From positions 483,489-547,488 of the forward strand of contig NW_002060970.1 of assembly GCF_000150275.1 (NCBI RefSeq): a DNA stretch of 64,000 nt. Reading direction: 5' to 3'. This document shows, one piece after another, positions 42,750-55,921 of this stretch. Each line of letters begins with the position of its first letter. Within the stretch, counting starts at the first letter, position 1. A program made the translations under genes and the position numbers. The notes beneath the pieces are model-generated. The model made no database searches. It was not told the origin of the DNA and was given only the letters and a program-made list of their open reading frames with translations. The stretch is from Trichoplax adhaerens. Its lineage: Eukaryota > Animalia > Placozoa.

Positions 42750-43770
42750 ATGGTGTCATCACTGGTAACGGAAATATCGACGTCATCATCTAATACTTCA
42801 ACAGAGTTAATAGCTGAAAAGGCCGAATCTATCGTTTTAAGCTTACCCCTGACAAGTTTGATATGTGTATTTGGTATATGTTCCAACGGCTTTGTTTGTT
42901 ATAATATAATCCAAAAGAAAGAACTTCATACCGCCACTTTTATTATCATCTGCAATATGTGCCTATCAGATTTGATAACTCTTATTGCGAGTGTTGCTCA
43001 AACAATCATCACTGCCACTATTGCTGCTCAAACTGGATATTCATTGACTTTAGAAGCTGTATGCCGAATATCTCTATATATCCTTAATATTGGTTTTAGT
43101 GTGTCAACAATATCGTTAGCTATCGTTAGTATTGATCGCTATAACACACTAACAAGAAACCATTCGAAAACTAAAATTTAGCCTGAACTGTGACTATAAA
43201 ATTAAATTTTCTATTCTCATCATTTGGATTTACTCTATTATCAGTAGTTTTCCAATATTTCTGTTGGTATCTATTAATCCAGATCAGCCTTACATATGTG
43301 ATGTCGCAAATTATGGTGTTATCAACACTTCATATTTATTTACTTATTATATTCTTAACTTTTTCTTCCCATCACTTTTAGTCACCATTATGTACTTCAA
43401 ACTTGTAATCTATTTAAGAACACATATTAGTTCTAGTAGTTTTCGAGGTCTAGCATTCCGTAATTCGAAAAAATCCAAGTCTAGAATTATAAAAATGATG
43501 ATTATAGCAACAATATCTTACTTGCTAACTACTTTACCTCATGTTATTGCTATCCTTATAGCTACCATAGCTGGTCAATCGCTAAGTGAATACTCAAGTT
43601 CTCTTAGTCCTGCGGCTGCCTTTCTAATTCAAGTTGCATTTATTTTGGGAACGATATCGTGTATTGAAAATTCTGATATTTATATATTGAGTAGCAAGGT
43701 ACTTAAGAATGCTTTAAAGCAATCCTTTCGTCTAAAAAGGCGACAAACTTCCATCATGTTATGGCAATAA
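42750..43770 (+). pseudogene. GPCR gene split by one frameshift in intracellular loop 2
   Basis: ORF1 covers TM1-TM3 (NMCLSD, SIDRY); TM4-TM7 are open in the +1 frame from 43153 to the stop at 43770. Confidence 0.88.
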
Positions 43771-45268
43771 AACGAGAACTTTATCCATAAGAAGATAACT
43801 AAAATATCTCTTATTATAATCTTTCAAATTATCTTATTTAAAATCTTAAGCTAAAATGACATAACATTAAACTATACGTTTAATTTACAAATCAGGAGCA
43901 TGTAGTGATATTATTTATTGAAATCACATAATACATAGCTTAAGCAAAGTGTAAGATACTAACTACAGCGTTCATCCAGCTGCACTATAACGATCTTCGA
44001 TGAGCTGATTAATTAATTGGTGCAAATTTATAATCATCTTCAGCGATTGTAGAATGTTACGAACTTGTAAAATAATGTAGTAATTCTAAACTATTAGCAA
44101 TGTGTAGTATTATGTACGGTAGAGTCTTTTCTATATTTATCTTATGATATATTCGGTAGCCCATTATTATAGACACTCCAGTAGCCTTATAGTCCTTTAA
44201 AACATATTCCTAGACGTTAAGGTCTAAGCAGTAAGAACGTATAGGGAACAAAGTATCCACAGACTTATCTATCACAAAATTGGAATTTATTTCATATCAA
44301 CTTCTTATCTTATGCTTAACTATTGAAATAAAAATATCCTTTAATAAGGATCACTACCACAGTAAGGTACTTCCACTGCGCTTCAGATATTTACTAGCTA
44401 AGTATTGTAGAAAAATTAATTTGCTAAACAATGATAGCTAGTTTACTTTGATATTGGGCAATTATAATAAAAATACGTAGGAACGTAATTTAGTCAATGT
44501 GGTACTATAAAAATTATCCATATATGATCTGACTATTTCACTTTCGTTTAAAAGCCTTGACTAGCTTAGTAAGCTTTAACATAGGTTCATTTATAACAAA
44601 TAATATTCTTATCCTATGGTAGAAGAAATCAATAAAATAATAGTACAATAAATTTATATTTCTATTCACTTTCGTCAATATTCGAACAAGCAACTATTCA
44701 ATACTATTCTGCTATAACTGTTAATAAATTATTAAGCATAAAATTTATGTGTACCTTTTCAGTACATTCCTATTGGTAGTTTATGGATGCAATTACAAGT
44801 ATTGAATAAATAATTGGTCCTACAGTAATTCAATTGCTATAGTTTTATTTCACTAATCAATATAATCCTTTCAAGACAAAATGATAAATTTCTTCCTGAT
44901 TCACATATGAATATTGAGGCATATCATTAACATTCATTTGTGTGGTAGAATATGCAATGAGAATACAATTAATTACTGGCATTTTTTGAATTCATTTTAA
45001 ATTATTCTCCATTTTATCCTTATGAACTTAGAACAATTAAAGAAGACTTTTCAGATATTGTTTTAATACAGGCTTATAAATGAAATTATTTCTTAGCCTT
45101 GGCGTATTTCATATTTCGTGATTCCACTTTAATCTTTACGCCTTCTTACTACTTAAAAATAATTCTTCCATCATACTCTGAACCCACTTTACATTTCAGT
45201 ACTGAATTTGAATAAAACAACATTAAATTCAAAATTTTACTAGCTATTAATGACTTTAAAGTATCTTA

Positions 45269-46375
45269 ATGGAGATTATAACTAACACTTCGACTAATTT
45301 AAGCGATTATGACCCTACTTCCAACAATACTTCACGTAGATCTGGATTTTCACAAACTGTGACCATACCTTTAGTTTTAACCAGTACCATATTAGTGATC
45401 ATCATTAATTTTATTATTTGCAGGATCATTATTAAAAAAAAGGAATTTCATACTTCAACGTTTTATCTTCTATTTAATATGGCTATTTCCGATTGTTTCA
45501 TTATGGTTGCAGCGTTTTTACTTATCGGTAATAATTATATCGCTTCTATCCAAGTGTGGAGTTCAGCGACATTAATGATCGTTTGCAAAATTACTCCATC
45601 CTTGAACGCTGTCTCACTAGTCTCATCCACCTATACTTTGGCCGCCATAAGTATTGAAAGGCATTATACATTAATTTCAAAGGTGAGAAACCGGTCCCTA
45701 TTTAAGACTAGAAAAAGATTAACTATAGTTATTGCAGCAACTTGGTTGATTGGATTAATTATGGCTATTCCAATGCTGTTTATTGCAACTTATACCCCTA
45801 AGACGCCATGGATGTGTAATATTATTAATATCAGCCTAGCATTTAATGTTGGCTACTTTATGAGTCTGTTAGTTGTTGCCTACATAATTCCACTTATCAT
45901 AATGATTATTATGTACTCCAAAATTATCCATTTTCTGACCAACAATCTGATGACTAATCAGAATACTCCATCTCCAGTATATCAAAATAATCGAAAGCGC
46001 CATACTCGAATTATTGCAATGCTCATTACAGCTACTGTTTTATTTTTTTTATTCTGTTTTCCCCTATTTATATCCTTTATTATTGTTGCTTTTTCAGGGC
46101 TTGATTTTGCCATTTATTTCAGTGCCATTACACCTCGCCAAGTAGCTATCTTACAAGCCGCTTTTCTAATTACCGTTATCGCTTGCATACAAAATCCTAT
46201 AATCTACTTTTCATTCATGCCTGCTTTTCGTCAAGCATTCCCTTGTTACGATCTCTACCGACGCAATAAAATCAATAACTGGAAATTTATGTCATCCAAT
46301 CAAATTACTCCAGATACTGTTCAATCAAAAGATCAACTTCATAGCTTATCACAGACGACGCCAGCTTCTGGCTAA
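45269..46375 (+). CDS. Intronless rhodopsin-family GPCR, 368 aa
   Basis: 7TM; NMAISD, VCK, SIERH, FCFP, QNPIIY; Ser/Thr-rich C-terminal tail. Confidence 0.95.
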   Translation: MEIITNTSTNLSDYDPTSNNTSRRSGFSQTVTIPLVLTSTILVIIINFIICRIIIKKKEFHTSTFYLLFNMAISDCFIMVAAFLLIGNNYIASIQVWSSATLMIVCKITPSLNAVSLVSSTYTLAAISIERHYTLISKVRNRSLFKTRKRLTIVIAATWLIGLIMAIPMLFIATYTPKTPWMCNIINISLAFNVGYFMSLLVVAYIIPLIIMIIMYSKIIHFLTNNLMTNQNTPSPVYQNNRKRHTRIIAMLITATVLFFLFCFPLFISFIIVAFSGLDFAIYFSAITPRQVAILQAAFLITVIACIQNPIIYFSFMPAFRQAFPCYDLYRRNKINNWKFMSSNQITPDTVQSKDQLHSLSQTTPASG

Positions 46376-47199
46376 TGTAGTATTAACTAGCGATAGTGAT
46401 CTATATGTATCATTACATGGTCATAGTAGCTAGCTTTTACAAGGATGAAGATATCAAGGGAGAATCTACAATTAGATTTGCATTATTTCAACTGCTCCTG
46501 TATGCTGGTACACGGATCATACTCTGCAGGATTTATAGTCAGTTTCATTGATATGCGCACTCCTCCTTTACAATTTCGACTATGTCATAAATTATTCCCG
46601 CTTCGATACTGAAGTACTTGGTCATGTTTATACCTTAAAGAGATAGAACGATCATAAAACACAGCAATAATCATACTAACAAGCCGTTTTTCATCAGTAT
46701 TTAGCGCTGAAATCACCAATTTGATCTTACGGTCGCTTTTATAGCGTTATGCAATACGGTAGTTATGGCCACGTTGATAAGTAGACAGGCAAATAACATT
46801 TCGGTATCTTTTACCTAAAATGAGTTAAAATCGTAATGTAATAAGTACTTACCAGCAGTCTCTAAATCTAACTGTTTATCAAATTAAAAGATTTTAGGTT
46901 CTTCTTAACTAAATATAGATACTGTTTACAATCTCCTATAATTTAGACAACGGTATATGGATAGTCGCGTTGACTTGCAGTATTCTGATGCATTTGCAGT
47001 CTTTGCCAATTTTGATTCTTCATTTTAAATTGCATAGACTACAGCACTGTTACAATCATCAGAATAACTTAGATATGAAAATGCAGTTTATAATAACATT
47101 TTATTTTGAACTTTTTAGGAGTATAAGCTACTACTTTAGGAATTGTTATTGTTAGTGATGACCTAAGTTATTTTATGATATTATGATGATATAGTAATA

Positions 47200-47592
47200 T
47201 GTTACAAGTGTGTATCAAGATTATATGGGCTTGACAGGGCTTACAGTCGGAGTAGGTTTTCGTTTGAAATTGTTTATTACCTCGAATGTCCGCATTGGAT
47301 TATTCAATGGTAATAACATGTTTGTTTTTGAAATATGTTCGTAGCACAGTAAATAGGTTTATAATAACTAATAGAGTATATAAGAAGGACTGAGATCAAT
47401 AAAAGGTGGTCCAGGTTGAAGCTAAGTTGCGGGATAGCTTTATATTGTATATTGTGTTGAGCGAGTTAGTACTTAGCAAGGATTTCAGCTACAATATCTT
47501 AGGCTAGAGAAGTAGTTCTGCGGATTAAAGTAAAGTTTATTATAAGTACTACGTTGTTTTCTTGAGTCGCAAGAGTAGTTATAGCGAGCACA
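47200..47592 (+). mobile_element. Solo-LTR-like element F7 (393 bp)
   Basis: TGTTAC...AGCACA; perfect TSD TAATA; TATATAA at about 47377 and AATAAA at about 47398. Confidence 0.8.
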
Positions 47593-48689
47593 TAATATGA
47601 GTACTATTTAATTTTATTATTTTACTCTCCGTAAGCATTTTGTCTCTAAAGCTGAGAGCATTGCCAATTTTGCTTCATATCTCATCCGCTGTAGTAGTTA
47701 CCTGGTTAGTACTTCTTATTCTGCTTCATACCAGCTTACTCGCCGCTTTAAAGGCTACAATAATTAGTACATTATTCCAGGATTTGTAGCTTACAAATAA
47801 ACGATTCATTCCCTAATTATCCGTACTTATATCAATCTCTGAGTAGCAAATACTTCGTCTTTGTCGACTAATCGAATCCTCTATCACAAAAAAATAAAAT
47901 ATCATGTACGTTATCTTAGTAGTTAAGAATTAATTAAATAAATAATAATGTATCTCTAGTGTTTAATGGCAAACTTTTTCACATTACAGTTGTACAGCAA
48001 AAAATAATGAGTCATAAACAAAATACTACGAAGCATAAAAGATGCAAATTTACTTGATCATCAATCGCTACAATTATAGTTATAGGAATACGCACTCGTT
48101 ATACTTTGAGTACTGCATGTGCTGATACTTCTTAATTTTTAATTTATAAATTTTAAACAAAAGATTTAGTGCTCATGAAATGAACACATTAATTTTTAAC
48201 ATAAGGTATTTTCTTCAATTTACCATATTTTGAAATTTTTTAGTATAGCATTAATAGTATATGCATATGCAACAATAGCAAATATTTTCGCTTACACTGC
48301 ATTAAAAAATTATAACTCGTAAATATTAAATAATATATAAAATTACATAAAACAAGAATAATAAAATGAGGGTTTGTAAACTAAAGTGTATGTATATGGT
48401 AACGTTAATTTTTACAGAGAACAATACTACGTAAAGTTTATATCTAGTAAACAGCGGGTACATGTCTTCTTGCAGAACTTTTAAAGTTATAATGTGCGAT
48501 TTATTCATTACTAAATGACTTTTTAAAATAAAATTGAAGCTTTCAATAAACCTACTTTTGCATGATATAAGCAAAAGATATTGTATCGTACTATTGTCCA
48601 GACGTTAAATCCGCCAGTATATATATGCATTTATACGAGTACACGGGATATGTTCATGTTAATTTTAACATTGAAAGTGATAATTTATA

Positions 48690-50050
48690 TGTAATGAAAT
48701 GAAAGTAGAGATCAAGCTACAAAACTTTAGCAAAATTTCATTCTACTTTCGTTGCACTCCGGTCGACTTAACAAAACTTTGACACCAAATAAAATTTGGG
48801 GAAACAATCGAACAACAATTTATTTCAAAACAAAAATGGAGAGAAGTATAAACCCAACAACCTTACAAATACTTAACTTTAAGTATTAATAAAATGAGTG
48901 ACTGACTTAAAAACTGTCAACGACCAAACAACCTTTTAAAAAGAAAAACGTTTTAACTTACGACAATTCGATCCCGAAGGCCTTTTAAATTCTACAAGTT
49001 CTTCAAAGAATCTTCTTTTACTCTCCCCCTAAATTTTATAATTGCACTATCATTTATAGGCTTCGTAGAGCCGTCAGAGGTATTTAAAACTAACCATTCG
49101 CTAACCAATCGCTCTCAAGATCCGTTTTAGAAACTACTTTGCACCATTTAAGAAAACAAAAATCATTCAAAGTTCAGACACAATTTACCCTATGATTCCC
49201 TTACAAAACACTATAACATTAACAAGTTAACTATGAAAATATATCAAACTTCACTTCTAACTTAATTTCTATCATTAATGCACTATAAAAGTCTAAAAAT
49301 CAACCTTTAAGCATCAAGATTTAGTACTGAAAACAACAGTCCAACTACTTAACAATCAACGCAACCTCTGCCAATTTCCATCTTATTTTCTGTTTTCCTC
49401 ACTAAACTTTCCTAATGTGACTTTCAAGTCACGTCATAAAATTCCAAAGTTTCAAATTCATAACAAAAATTTGAAATTTCAAAAATCAACTCTTACGATA
49501 TTTTTCATAAACTAAAATCCAAAAATTAAAACAGGAAAATTATATCGGATATAAATCCGACCGGTTCCAGAATCCGAATCCGAAAAATCCGGATTTTATA
49601 AAGATCACAGTAATCTTTTCTTCAAAAATTTTATACGACTATTACGACTACTTTTCTGACATTAGTATCGCTGAATATTGACACTTGATATTTTAGCGTC
49701 AGATTGTACGGTAACAGTACAATTATAGACTACATTACTGTACTTTACCGTCATGTTATAAATCCCCTTTCTCTAAGGATAAGGTTTTGTTACTAAGTCA
49801 AATTCCTTTACAATTTGAATAGACGATCAAATGCCCTTTCTTTAGATTAGGCAATTGCTCTAGGGCTACTTCTATAGTAATCTATATAATACCTTGTATA
49901 GTAATGAAGAAGAAAAGATGGCGACATGATGATTTGGCAGGGTAAAACTTACTTAAAGACACTATCACTTTGTAGGTATTTTCTATAGTAAAATAATACT
50001 AGGTTCATACTAAAAGCTACAAAGGACTCTACTTTTAGTCCTTTACTACA
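48690..50050 (-). mobile_element. Family B element, full length
   Basis: TGTAAT...ACTACA; flanks TATA / CATA; aligns with 6325-7690. Confidence 0.88.
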
Positions 50051-52794
50051 CATAGTTATTATAAATACATTCTAGAACTATTGAACAGGAGCTACTCAAA
50101 TAGTTTTTGCTATTTATTACCTGTAATAAACTTGCTTTAGTAACTCTACTTAGCATATAGAGCATACAAAGAATTTTATAATACATTTATTACCGATTCA
50201 CAAATGATTCAAATACTAGATAATATTACAGTAAGCTCTGACAAATAAGAAAAATTTCTTACAATAGCAGGTTTCAGACAAAAAGAAATAAGAACGATGA
50301 TAGAATAGCTATTTCATAATCAATTGTGTACGAAATTTGAATCTGTGACAGTAACAGTTCTTGTTGATCCAAATTCTCAACGTTGTAGATTAAATATGAT
50401 CATGAAAAGTTTTCAAAGTTCCCACCGTATTAATTATTCTTAATTAGATTTTACCATCATTGAGTGTTAGATAAATTCAAAATCAAGATGATTATAATAT
50501 TAATCTAGCAGGCTCCATATTGTGTATTCGAAGCAGTTCATACGTGCTAGGATATAAAGCAAAAATATTATAAAGCTGTTCCTTAGTAGTATTTGACTGA
50601 AACATCGCTATACCGCTACCATTTAAACTAATTTAAGTGCGTATTATTGGATAAAGGAATTCAAATTGATTTAATGAGTAGAAACACTTAGACAAGCATA
50701 TTTGTATTGCACTACAAACGGATCTAACATATCAGTAATACGTCGTATAGGATAAGCCATAATGATACGGGATTAAAACGTATATTGTTGGTGCCTTAAA
50801 GCTTAAGTAATTTGCTAAAAGAAAAACTCAGAATAATGTCGAATTATGAGACATGAAGTTAGTTTTACTACAGCAGCATAAATTGAGTAGATAAATTTCT
50901 ATTTTGACTTTATAAAGCATTAAATCAGAAATTTTATTATCTGTAGTACCTTTAAAATTTATTTATTTTATTAATTAAGCTATAACAGTTTTATTGAAAC
51001 TCTACTTTTTGAAACGTTACAAAATTTTTGGAGAGATTTAGATTCGTCCAAGTCTTATAGAGAAATCTCTTAAATTCTTATGCTTTAGAAGACTCTATCT
51101 TGTACTTTTATAGTTGCATAACAATCTTGAAATTCTACGTTACCTCAAAATTTTGACCGAAGCCTTTACTATTGGAATAGATAAGCCAAGAAAACTTTAT
51201 AAACATATACGAGTAAACTGAATAAGATAATTCAGATAAGATAATTAGTATTAGAGTACTAAAAAAATTGTGCAAATTAAAGTAACACAACCATTCTAAA
51301 TAGAGTAGATATTAGACTATATTAATTTACTGAATTAGTGAAAAAATATTGCAACAAAAATTTTTCTCTAAATTAACTTGAGCAGAGCAATTAATATGAC
51401 GCTATCATATCATATATATATGGGTATACAAGGATAACAACTTTAATAATATTTCTTATTGATGGCTTCTATTGAATAAGCAAAATTAGTAGTATAAAAG
51501 AATTACGTAAGAAATAAAATCTTGAATAAGGTCTAGATATAGTAGTGCATAAGTGGAATTGCATTGACCATGGAAATATTGTAGAGTATTAAATTCATCT
51601 TTCATACGCATAGCCTACTGATCTAAGATGAGATAATTCGATGGAAATATACAGATATTCCTTAATTTATTAACGAATATAACGACACATAGTAATAAGC
51701 AGCAAGATTGATACGCTAGAAGGCAATGCGGAAGTTCACTTTATAATTTATTTAGCATTAGTTTTCATAAATGGATTAAGTAATTTAATTCAAAGCTTAT
51801 CAAGAAATGTATTAAGTAGCCTATTGCTGCTATCAAAATTTAAGCTTAGCTAATTAATTTCAAGATATAAAAATTTCCATAACGGAGTAAACTTTTCTTA
51901 ATTGTACGTGTTCGTACAATTATGGTATACGAGATACATTGTCTTCCGGGATGAAAATTTTACGTTACTGTAATATGCAGTATCATACTGTAGCTAATAG
52001 TGGTCAACAACTTACGAGGAAATTCAGATTTATTACTATAATTAATACTTTCAGAATCAGCACAGTGTGAACAACAAAGTGAGAGGAGTTTAAATTATAG
52101 GTATCAAAGAAAATTAAAAGACTATTAATATCTTTACGCGTGATTATTTTAAAGTTTTAATGTCTCAATCACTTCTATAATATCCTTTAAATTTCCTAGA
52201 AATCGATAAATTATAATACGAGCAAAATTTCAAGTTGTTGAGAAATCACAACAAGAATTACTCAAAACCTTGCTTTTTCTAAAAAAAAAAAGGAAAACTT
52301 CTCACTTCTCTTTGCAGGACAAAAGTTATTTTTGAGTAGTTATTAATGGTCAAAATTCCCTTAATTAATTTATTCGGTTTGCAATAACAGACAGATCCGT
52401 AATTTCTAAAATGTATCTTGACTCTTGCTTTACCGGTCTTAATTATATAATTAGTATTTGTATTTGCTTTCTAGATTAATTGTAAAACATTAAAGATGAA
52501 TTTGAAACGATTGAATCTAACAAAAGCCTTGGATCAAGTGTAGGGACTGACGTATTAAACCTTTACATTTACCTTACTCCGGTCACCTATTTCAATTCAA
52601 GCGAAAGAATGCAATGAAAAGATAAAGACATACAAAGACTTACCTACTATCAAGTTATATACTTAATCGTTTGAATTGGATATAAACTTAATTCAATACA
52701 TAGTCATGAAATTAATATCATCATTACTGACATACAGTACAGCAATCGGTGTTAGAATTTATGTAAGTCGATTTCTTTTACCTCAGTTCTGCCA

Positions 52795-52930
52795 CGGTAC
52801 GCCGTTATCAAATAACTATGAATGAATACTTAAATTAGGCTATATATCGCGTGAGTGTTACGGTGCGCCGTTACCAAATAAGTAACTGTTAATTAATGAA
52901 TAGCTAAATAAGGCTATATGTCATGTGTGA
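52795..52930. repeat. Imperfect tandem duplication, two units of about 66 bp
   Basis: CGGTACGCCGTTATCAAATAA...TAGGCTATAT vs CGGTGCGCCGTTACCAAATAA...AAGGCTATAT. Confidence 0.75.
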
Positions 52931-52980
52931 TAGCTTGTAGCTATCTAAGGATGAGAATATCTGTGTACATATTTAGTAAT

Positions 52981-53607
52981 TGTCACAAAACAGCTTTGCA
53001 ACAAGATAACGTAATATGCGATCAATAAGTTAATTTCTTGAACCACGTATCAACGAACGATATTTGCACTATCACAAACACTTTTGCTCTACTAGCAGAC
53101 TACGCAAAGATTTAGACGCCTGGTATTTTACGTTAAACACTAAGTTTGAGAATCCATTTTATAACACGATATACTGCATTTATATACTATTCCTCAATAG
53201 TTCATGAGTCATAGTTAATACAATTAACATTAGAATCATTTACTGAATTAGATATTAATTGTAGCTACTGCTCCATTAATGCAGACAACTGTATTTACGA
53301 TAATAGACATGTGATGACTAATACAGAATAGTCAGATTACGATATGTCCTATCACGGAACATTTCCACGATAATTTACAATCTACCATAAGTAAATTATA
53401 ATCACAATGATTCGAACTGTAAGTCGATGATTTGCATTCCCTGCTATAACTATTAATTTCAGTATGTTTATAAGTATCACTGTCATAAAAAGTCAGTGCT
53501 ATATTAAAACAGAGTATGTCCAAATTTGAAGTTAACTAAATAAGGATAGGCTAACAGAATTATCCTAACATAGGTATTTCTACAATACAGTACATAATAC
53601 TATCACA
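52981..53607 (-). mobile_element. Family D solo-LTR-like element (627 bp)
   Basis: TGTCAC...ATCACA; perfect TSD GTAAT; minus-strand TATATAAA at about 53183. Confidence 0.92.
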
Positions 53608-53611
53608 GTAA

Positions 53612-53921
53612 TGTATTATAGAGATAACGCTAACTTAATTCTCTTTGGTTAGCACTGGAATTCATTGTAGAAGTCGATTTAAGCGCGTATGTTAGTAGAA
53701 TAAATCAGTAGCTGATCAAGAATGGTGTAAGACTCGCATAGTGAAGAATAATATAATATATTCAATTATGTGTGGAGTTCAGTTGAGAAATCGAGTTCTT
53801 ATATATCACTAACATAGAAATTGGAGATACTAGGTGAATTAATACGAGTTATTATAGCTATACTAGAGATTCTTTACTTTGTTAATAAACGTTTCCTTTG
53901 TCACAAGAGAGGGTTGTGACA
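53612..53921 (+). mobile_element. Probable older solo-LTR-like element G (about 310 bp)
   Basis: TGTATT...GTGACA; AATAAA at 53884 followed by a perfect 9-bp inverted repeat TTGTCACAA/TTGTGACAA; reconstructed TSD AGTAA / AGTAC. Confidence 0.55.
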
Positions 53922-54910
53922 AGTACATACCTTGCTGACAAAATTCAGTATGAACTATTACAAAGAACGATGCCTGCCTATACATACTAATCAACTTGAA
54001 AGTCTTTGAAAGGAAATGTAAACGATATAAATTTTTTAGTTAATCATTAGTGAGGTATATACAGTAGTGGATTATCTTGACAAATTTTTCTATAACACAA
54101 TATTAACCAAACCTTGAAACTTTATACCGATATGAAACAAGAGTATGCAAATATTTTTAATCAACTAAATTATAATTCCAAAAGATGCCAAGAAAATAAA
54201 TTATTCATCCGCTTGCTATTATAGATCATAAATAGAATTTGAAACCCTTGCAGAATACATATCATTCTTTTCACCGTATTTGAGACAATTTATAAATTAC
54301 TTGCTATTCACCTAAAAGATTCAGTCTTTAATCTTTTAATTCATATAACAAAGCCTCCATTGAAAATTGCTCTATACGTTTACACAGATGTTCTAATCTT
54401 ACGATAATTCTTCTAAGCAGAATCATTGATCGGAATTACATATTAAATTTTAATTATTAGTCACTAATCCAAAACGATTTTTCTTGATTTTTCAGTTACT
54501 TTATCGGTCAGATTCAAAGTTAAGTCCTAGACATTGCCAATATCCGAAACGATTCTGTAAAATATAGTTGAGCTTATTTCAATATCAAAATATTTTAGCA
54601 ATTCCCGTTTTTTAACTGTATTCCTTTTTATACCATATACAGTATCAAATTTGTACTTGAAGAATTATTAAGAGGAAAAGAAACTTCATTTCAGCTTCAT
54701 ATCGATTTGAATCCTCTTACAATCAACTGCATTTATTTTCAATATTTCAAATCTCAAGCTTAAGTCATTTCTAGTAACAAATTTTACTCAAACTTGTTCC
54801 TTTTCACTAAATCCCAAAGTCGTAAAATTTCCAGCTTATACGTATGTTTAACTCCAAGTAAAAGTATCAATTTAAGTTTGGATATATCGAATAGCGTACG
54901 ACGTTGAGAC

Positions 54911-55921
54911 ATGGAAAACACAACTTTCAATCCCTCAAATCATTCATCACCGACATCACGAAATAACACTTTTATGGGTACAATATTTTTGGATGGCTAT
55001 TTAACGATATCAATATGTATTATAGGAGTAATATCCAATGGAGCTGTTGCTTACATCATTATCACTTGCAAGCAATTTCAGGCTTCAACTTATATTTTCC
55101 TCTGTAGCATGTCTATAGCTGATGTTGTTGCTCTTTTTTCTGTTGCATTACATGTTATCTCGATGATAATTGTAGAAAATAATGTAGCATATACTGCATT
55201 CTTAGAATTTGGCTGCAAAGCCTATGGGTACATGCTACAAGTTGGTTTTACCGTTTCGACTCACTCATTAGCAATCATTAGTATTGATCGATATTTTAGT
55301 ATTTGCCGCAATGCTAGTTTAAATCGAAAATATGCATTAAACACTAACCGTAAAATTAAATTGACGATTATCGTCACCTGGAGTTATGCTTTAGTCTCCA
55401 GTCTTCCAAATCTTTTCCTGACTTCAATGCATAATAATTTATATCGTGTTTGTGACTTTATGTCTCATAGTCAAAGATATGTAGCCATTTACTTGCTCGT
55501 ATATTATACAATTAGTTATATTCTGCCGTTGTGCGTTATGACTATCATGTACATTAAGATCATATCTTATTTACGATCCACAGTTGCTAATACTACTATA
55601 CAAGGACAAGCTTTGGAACATTCTAGAAAGCGTATAGTTAAAATTATTAACATGATGATTATTGTCACTGTTACTTATATGATAACGTCTTTACCTCATG
55701 TAACTTTAATATTTATTGCTGCTGTGCATGGCATATCTTTAACTACCTACATGCAATATGCTAATCCCAATATTGGTTTCGCCTTTGCTATAGCACTAGT
55801 GTTATCTCAAATTTCGTGGATACAAAATTCCTTCGTTTATTTAATATGCAACAGACCATTCCGAAATGAATTACTTCAATGTTGTAACTCTAAACATTCA
55901 AGAATTCTTCTTCATAGATAG
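54911..55921 (+). CDS. Intronless rhodopsin-family GPCR, 336 aa
   Basis: 7TM; SMSIAD, GCK, SIDRY, TSLP; TM7 reads NSFVY. Confidence 0.95.
   Translation: MENTTFNPSNHSSPTSRNNTFMGTIFLDGYLTISICIIGVISNGAVAYIIITCKQFQASTYIFLCSMSIADVVALFSVALHVISMIIVENNVAYTAFLEFGCKAYGYMLQVGFTVSTHSLAIISIDRYFSICRNASLNRKYALNTNRKIKLTIIVTWSYALVSSLPNLFLTSMHNNLYRVCDFMSHSQRYVAIYLLVYYTISYILPLCVMTIMYIKIISYLRSTVANTTIQGQALEHSRKRIVKIINMMIIVTVTYMITSLPHVTLIFIAAVHGISLTTYMQYANPNIGFAFAIALVLSQISWIQNSFVYLICNRPFRNELLQCCNSKHSRILLHR

Noticed and set aside
44048-44185. Weak family A-like fragment
   Set aside because: Too decayed to define ends or a TSD.
53332-53523. Recurrent ORF MDILCFN... (also at 57254)
   Set aside because: Lies inside family D, has a non-ATG start and no recognisable domain.
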